Positions 59,522 through 64,000 of a stretch of DNA of 64,000 nucleotides are shown here, piece after piece. The notes beneath the pieces were generated by a model. It saw only the letters and a program-made list of their open reading frames with translations. It was not told the origin of the DNA and ran no database searches. The position numbers and the translations under genes were made by a program. The stretch's first letter is position 1. Each line of letters starts with the position of its first letter. This DNA comes from Botryllus schlosseri (taxonomy: Eukaryota): the NCBI GenBank assembly GCA_051294905.1, contig CM119384.1, positions 7,130,001 through 7,194,000 of the forward strand. The letters are read 5' to 3'.

Positions 59522-62500
59522 ATGCCAAGAAAAAGAAATGTGAGAACTGATTCGGATAATGGGGCCGACAGTACGAAGGCACCCGGGAAGTTCAATAAAA
59601 CCAAAGAAACTCGCAAGGAACCAAAAGCGTCAAAGAATGCTGGCTCTTCCAAAACATCCTTTTTCGACAACTGGACAATTTTAGCAATAATAATGTCCTT
59701 GATAGCAGGCTGGATGCACGGTGTTCATATCTCCACCATGTTTGAGAAAGATCGACATTTCTCACATCTCTCATCACTTGAAAGAGATCTCACCTTCAGG
59801 ACTGAAATGGGGCTGTACTACTCATATTACAAAACTGTCGCTGAAGGTACGTAGCCCTACTGGAACATGCGTTTTCTGACTCTAATGAGAATAATTCTCA
59901 TTTTCAGCACCGACACTTGTTGATGGTGTTACAATGATTGTGAAAGACAATGTAACAGAATTTCCCACTGTCATAAATACTCTGAAACGGTTCAATCTTT
60001 ATCCCGAGTTGATACTTGGAGTTGCATACAGACTGTTTGATGGCTTCACCAAAGCGAATAAAATCAAAACAATGGATTGTTGGACCGTAAGTAGTGAATT
60101 ACCATAGTATGTTCCGTTCCAGTGTAGGCCTATATACCTAGCCTACTGAATTTACTGATTATCCGCTTTAATAATTCATTTTTGCGACTTGTGAGAGAAC
60201 CGAGGAAGTCATAATATGTCTGTATGAAGAATAAACTATAAAGTACAGGTATTTGAAAAGTGTTGTGAAGTCACAAGTCATTTCGAGTCATTGCAAATTT
60301 TGACTGGGGACAAAGCATTTCAACACTTAGAAATCATGCAAATTTTCAAATTGACTCAAGCTGAGTCAACACGTTGAAAATTCTCCGATTTCGAGTCAGT
60401 CTCAAGTCGCCAAATATATTAAAGTGTGCCCTTCTGTTGAATGTGTACACTGTACAGTAGGGCTGTTCAAAAATAACCTTTTTTCCTGAATCTTTCTGGT
60501 TACTTGATTAAATCGTTGAGTTGCCTTAAAAAACGACGCACACCAAATTTGAATTCATTCCAACCAATATTCGCGGATTACGTAGAGTTTGAAAATTTTG
60601 AATTTGCCTAAAAATGCAAAAAAAATTTTTTTTCAAATTTTCCTTCCAACCTTATGGAATTGTTGCGCTGTCTTCAAAAACGATGGAAAAAAAATTGACT
60701 CAATTCCAAGCTACAGAAGCGGAGTTATTCAAGTTTTTTGATGAAAATTCTGGGATGATCCACCAATCAAGGATAATCCCAGAATTATCAAAAAAAACTG
60801 AAATAACTCCACTTCTACGGCTTCGAATTGACTGAAATTTGTTTTGCATCGTTTTTGAAGACAGCGCAACAATTCTATGGGGTTGGCAGAAAAATTTGAA
60901 AAAAATTTTTTTTTGCATTTTTAGGCAAATTCAATATTTTCGAACTCTACGTAATCCGCGAATATTGGTTGGAATGAATTCAAATTTGGCGTGCGTCGTT
61001 TTTTAAGGCAACCTAACGATTTAAATAAGTAACCAGAAAGATTCAGGAAAAAAGGTTATTTTTGAACAGCCCTAATGTACAGTGCAGATTCACATGTATA
61101 ATTACGTTTGCCTCTGAGTCGCGAGTCATTCCATAATTCTGATATATTGAGTCAAGTCAATATATGGTAGTGAGTCGAGTAAAGGCATGACTCGAGTCCC
61201 CCCCAAACTAGTATTTGATAGTAAGCCACAGTTATATCTTCTTCTGTGTGCTTAGTATATCACACATTTAACTGATGATTTTCTGTTTTTTACTCGTTCG
61301 ACAAAAGATAAATAAAAGATCTACTTGGCAGCATATGTTTTCATAACCCCTAAATCGCGCCTTTCTCGCAAAATGAAGTTTTGAGAAATACGAAAATGCT
61401 ACCTTACCTTTTCTAATGTGGGATGCAGTTGGCCATGTTGAAGCATGGAGGCCATGCCGATAAACTGAAACTGTGCCCAAGGCATCTCATTTGCAGTTGT
61501 AAATATGTGCGATACAATTGTTGATATACAATGTTCTTTCCAATATCTACTAGTTTCTCACGATCACACCCGGCGAGTGTCAGCCAAAATATTCTGGTTC
61601 ATTTCAATATGAACATACTACAGTATTCAATTGTATATTGAAGTTCTGTACCTCCAAGAAGCTCTTCAGATATGATAATACGATTTCAAGGGGCACCGCC
61701 TAACTTTTCGGCCGATCAATTTCATCAAAAATTCCATTTCAAATGCATCATTTTCAAGTTCCTAACTCAAATCTGCGATTTCCAGATTAACAGAGGAGAT
61801 CTTCCGCCTATCGCCAGCTGCGAGGGGATCGGAGATCAGCATTACTTTTACATCACGAGCGTATTCTTCTTGAACGGAATCATGCTGACTGTGTACTTTT
61901 TATATGCGTGGTATCTTGCTGGAAAGTCTCTCTGGGGAGGTACGGGTGTGGAAGTTTAATTGATGGTATGGTGTGTAAACGCGTATGTGTTTTCCAGCGA
62001 TAATTACGGTGGCTTTTGTGTTTTTCAACCACGGAGAGTGTACCAGAGTGATGTGGACACCGCCATTGCGGGAAAGCTATGCAATGCCGTTTCTTATCCT
62101 GGAGCTGTTTTTAGTCACTCATATGTTGAAGACCCACCGGCCAAGTCGTCAGTATGTATTAGTTTACTGGCATTTAAGGATGCAGTGTGTGTATAGTGAG
62201 CACAAAGACACTTTATTTCTTTGCAGTAAGCAATATAATCGTCATATATCGCACTGAAATCATTTAGAAATATTGTTTCGTTTTTGCATGTAGACTTAGT
62301 GCCTCATAATTCTTGCTAGATACGAGCCCAGGACGCTGAATGATTTTTATTCAAGTTGAATTTTTCCGTCTTATTATTCAGGATTGTTGCTTTCATGTTG
62401 GTATAACATTTCAGGCATGGCATTTGGATCGGACTTGCTGCGTTTTCGTTCATGCTGCCATGGCAATTTGCTCAGTTTGCTCTACTCACGCAGACTGCCG

Positions 62501-63089
62501 CTGTGTATGGGATCTACCTTCTAGAATTTATAGGCTCATATAAGGTATGTTTCATGAATGCATGTCATTTCGCTCCTACATTAAAGAATGAAATTTCAAT
62601 CTGATTTAGGTAGTGTTACGATTTCGATAGGCCTATAATGCAGAAAATCAGCTACCTGCATGCATCACTGTATGCTCGTGTTTAGCATTGCATGGCCAGC
62701 ACAATATGTTAAAACCTTTTAATGTTTTTTTGAAATCCTCTTTTCAAATATTCTCATACCTACCAACGTTCCCAATTGCATTGAATTTGGGAATTAATTA
62801 TATTTATTGAAAAATTTATTGCATTTTATTGCTCAATTTAACAATCGTCATCTGGTATTCACTCTTGCGCTTTTGTTTACCTTAACCATCGAATCATTAT
62901 TTGCAGATGAAGATACTTCTTCACGCACAAATTGGCGCGCTGGCGGCGAATTTCGTGTTTCAGTTCGGCAACGAGATGCTGCTCACCTCATTTTATGCTT
63001 CTAGCATTCTCGTAGTGTTGGCAGTTGTCATGTTGGAAAGCAGAATCGATAGAATCTTGAGAAACTTCTTTGTTCGGGTCTTCGTTAAG
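59522..63089 (+). CDS. DPY19L1: DPY-19-like C-mannosyltransferase, first 6 exons; gene continues beyond window
   Basis: Exons 59522-59846, 59908-60086, 61786-61939, 61998-62151, 62415-62544, 62907-63089. Motifs DRHFSHLSSLER.LTFRTEMGLYYSYYK, INTLKRFNLYPE, NHGECTRVMWTPPLRES, MLPWQFAQF, FGNEMLLTS. Confidence 0.92.
60460..61072. mobile_element. Near-perfect foldback MITE with TA target duplication
   Basis: TA|GGGCTGTTCAAAAATAACC ... GGTTATTTTTGAACAGCCC|TA; arms almost exact reverse complements; nested in a GACTCGAGTC hAT remnant. Confidence 0.92.
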
Positions 63090-63199
63090 GTACAGTAATC
63101 TTTTGTAACATTGCACTGGACAATGATTGTCATGTATGTATTATAATTCCACTCCTATAGTATCCGAATACTACTATCTACTTTGAAAATTGTAATAAG

Positions 63200-64000
63200 T
63201 ATGGCGATTTTTTTCACCTAAAAATAGAAGATTTTGACCTAAAAAATCAGAATTTTGACATTTTTTAATCTAGAAAAAATTAATTTGACAAAATTTTGAC
63301 CTACCGTATGTAAATTAGGTGTTTTCCCACATTGTACTGGTTGTCTTTATTTCTGATAGGAACTTATGTCTTTACGAAGTAGTTTGTCCTGGAAGAACTT
63401 ATTGTTTGACTTGAAAACTGACAAATTTGTACATGAAAATACTTTTTATTAACGAAATCAGGACCTATGAAAAATTCCCGTAGTTACATCACGCATTATG
63501 GTGGAAATAATTAAAAAATTTTGTAGTACAGCGAAAGTTACTTTCCTACATTCTCGGGTAGAAAGTGTCTGTCCTTACTAAGTAGCTTGTCAAGAATGGA
63601 GTAAGAACGTTCAACAGCAGCAGAAGTTGGCTGGCAACACTGAAGTTGTGCGTACACTGCTGGTGACACACCGTGCTGCTCCATTCTGACAATGTTGCCT
63701 ACATCACAATTTTTCATCATGCACTTCTTGATATGAGAACCAATGCCCACGCAGTCTTGCTTCAGTTAGGATATTGCGGTAAGTTCAGCATAACACCATG
63801 TCAACCTATTTGTTTCATTTGGCCGTTTATGATTCACAATGAGCAGATAATGGGCCGTCTACAACGGTAGGCCTATAAAGTAGGCTAAAAGCTGTAAAAT
63901 GTCAAACGATAAAGTTCACCGACAGTGCAGATATTTCCGATACAGACAAAATGCAGGTGACAAAATTTTTTTTGACTTTGTGAACAATTTTGACAATTTT
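63200..64000 (-). mobile_element. hAT-family element remnant retaining a transposase C-terminal fragment
   Basis: 63538-63750(-) encodes ...LQCCQPTSAAVERSYSILDKLLSKDRHFLPENV, matching the hAT dimerisation-domain pattern PTS..VERSFS. Flanks match 21600-22040. Confidence 0.8.

Overview
Eukaryotic (animal) genomic DNA: AT-rich, GT-AG introns down to about 55-65 bp, dense in non-autonomous transposons. It looks like a marine invertebrate deuterostome, most plausibly an ascidian tunicate; that taxon call is inference, not proven. Seven genes are reconstructable with frame-consistent exons: intronless spermidine synthase (SRM, +), intronless uroporphyrinogen decarboxylase (UROD, +), an Abraxas/FAM175 MPN protein (+), ANKMY1 (MORN-ankyrin-MYND, +), RAB6 (-), CCAR1 (-) and the 5' part of DPY19L1 (+, runs off the window). 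A possible 7TM-receptor tail sits at the left edge. Introns and spacers carry many hAT-type MITEs (several with perfect 8-bp TSDs and nested in one another), long foldback elements, three tRNA-derived SINE families and LINE 3' ends. Best leads: a possible SRM-UROD spliced or dicistronic unit, more than 10-fold enrichment of the palindrome TAGGCCTA (possible excision footprint), unusual CCAR1 splicing (GC donor, candidate cassette exons, no S1-like domain), an ANKMY1 microexon versus mutually-exclusive-exon puzzle, and candidate antisense or nested exons. All exon models were made by hand and no database searches were run.
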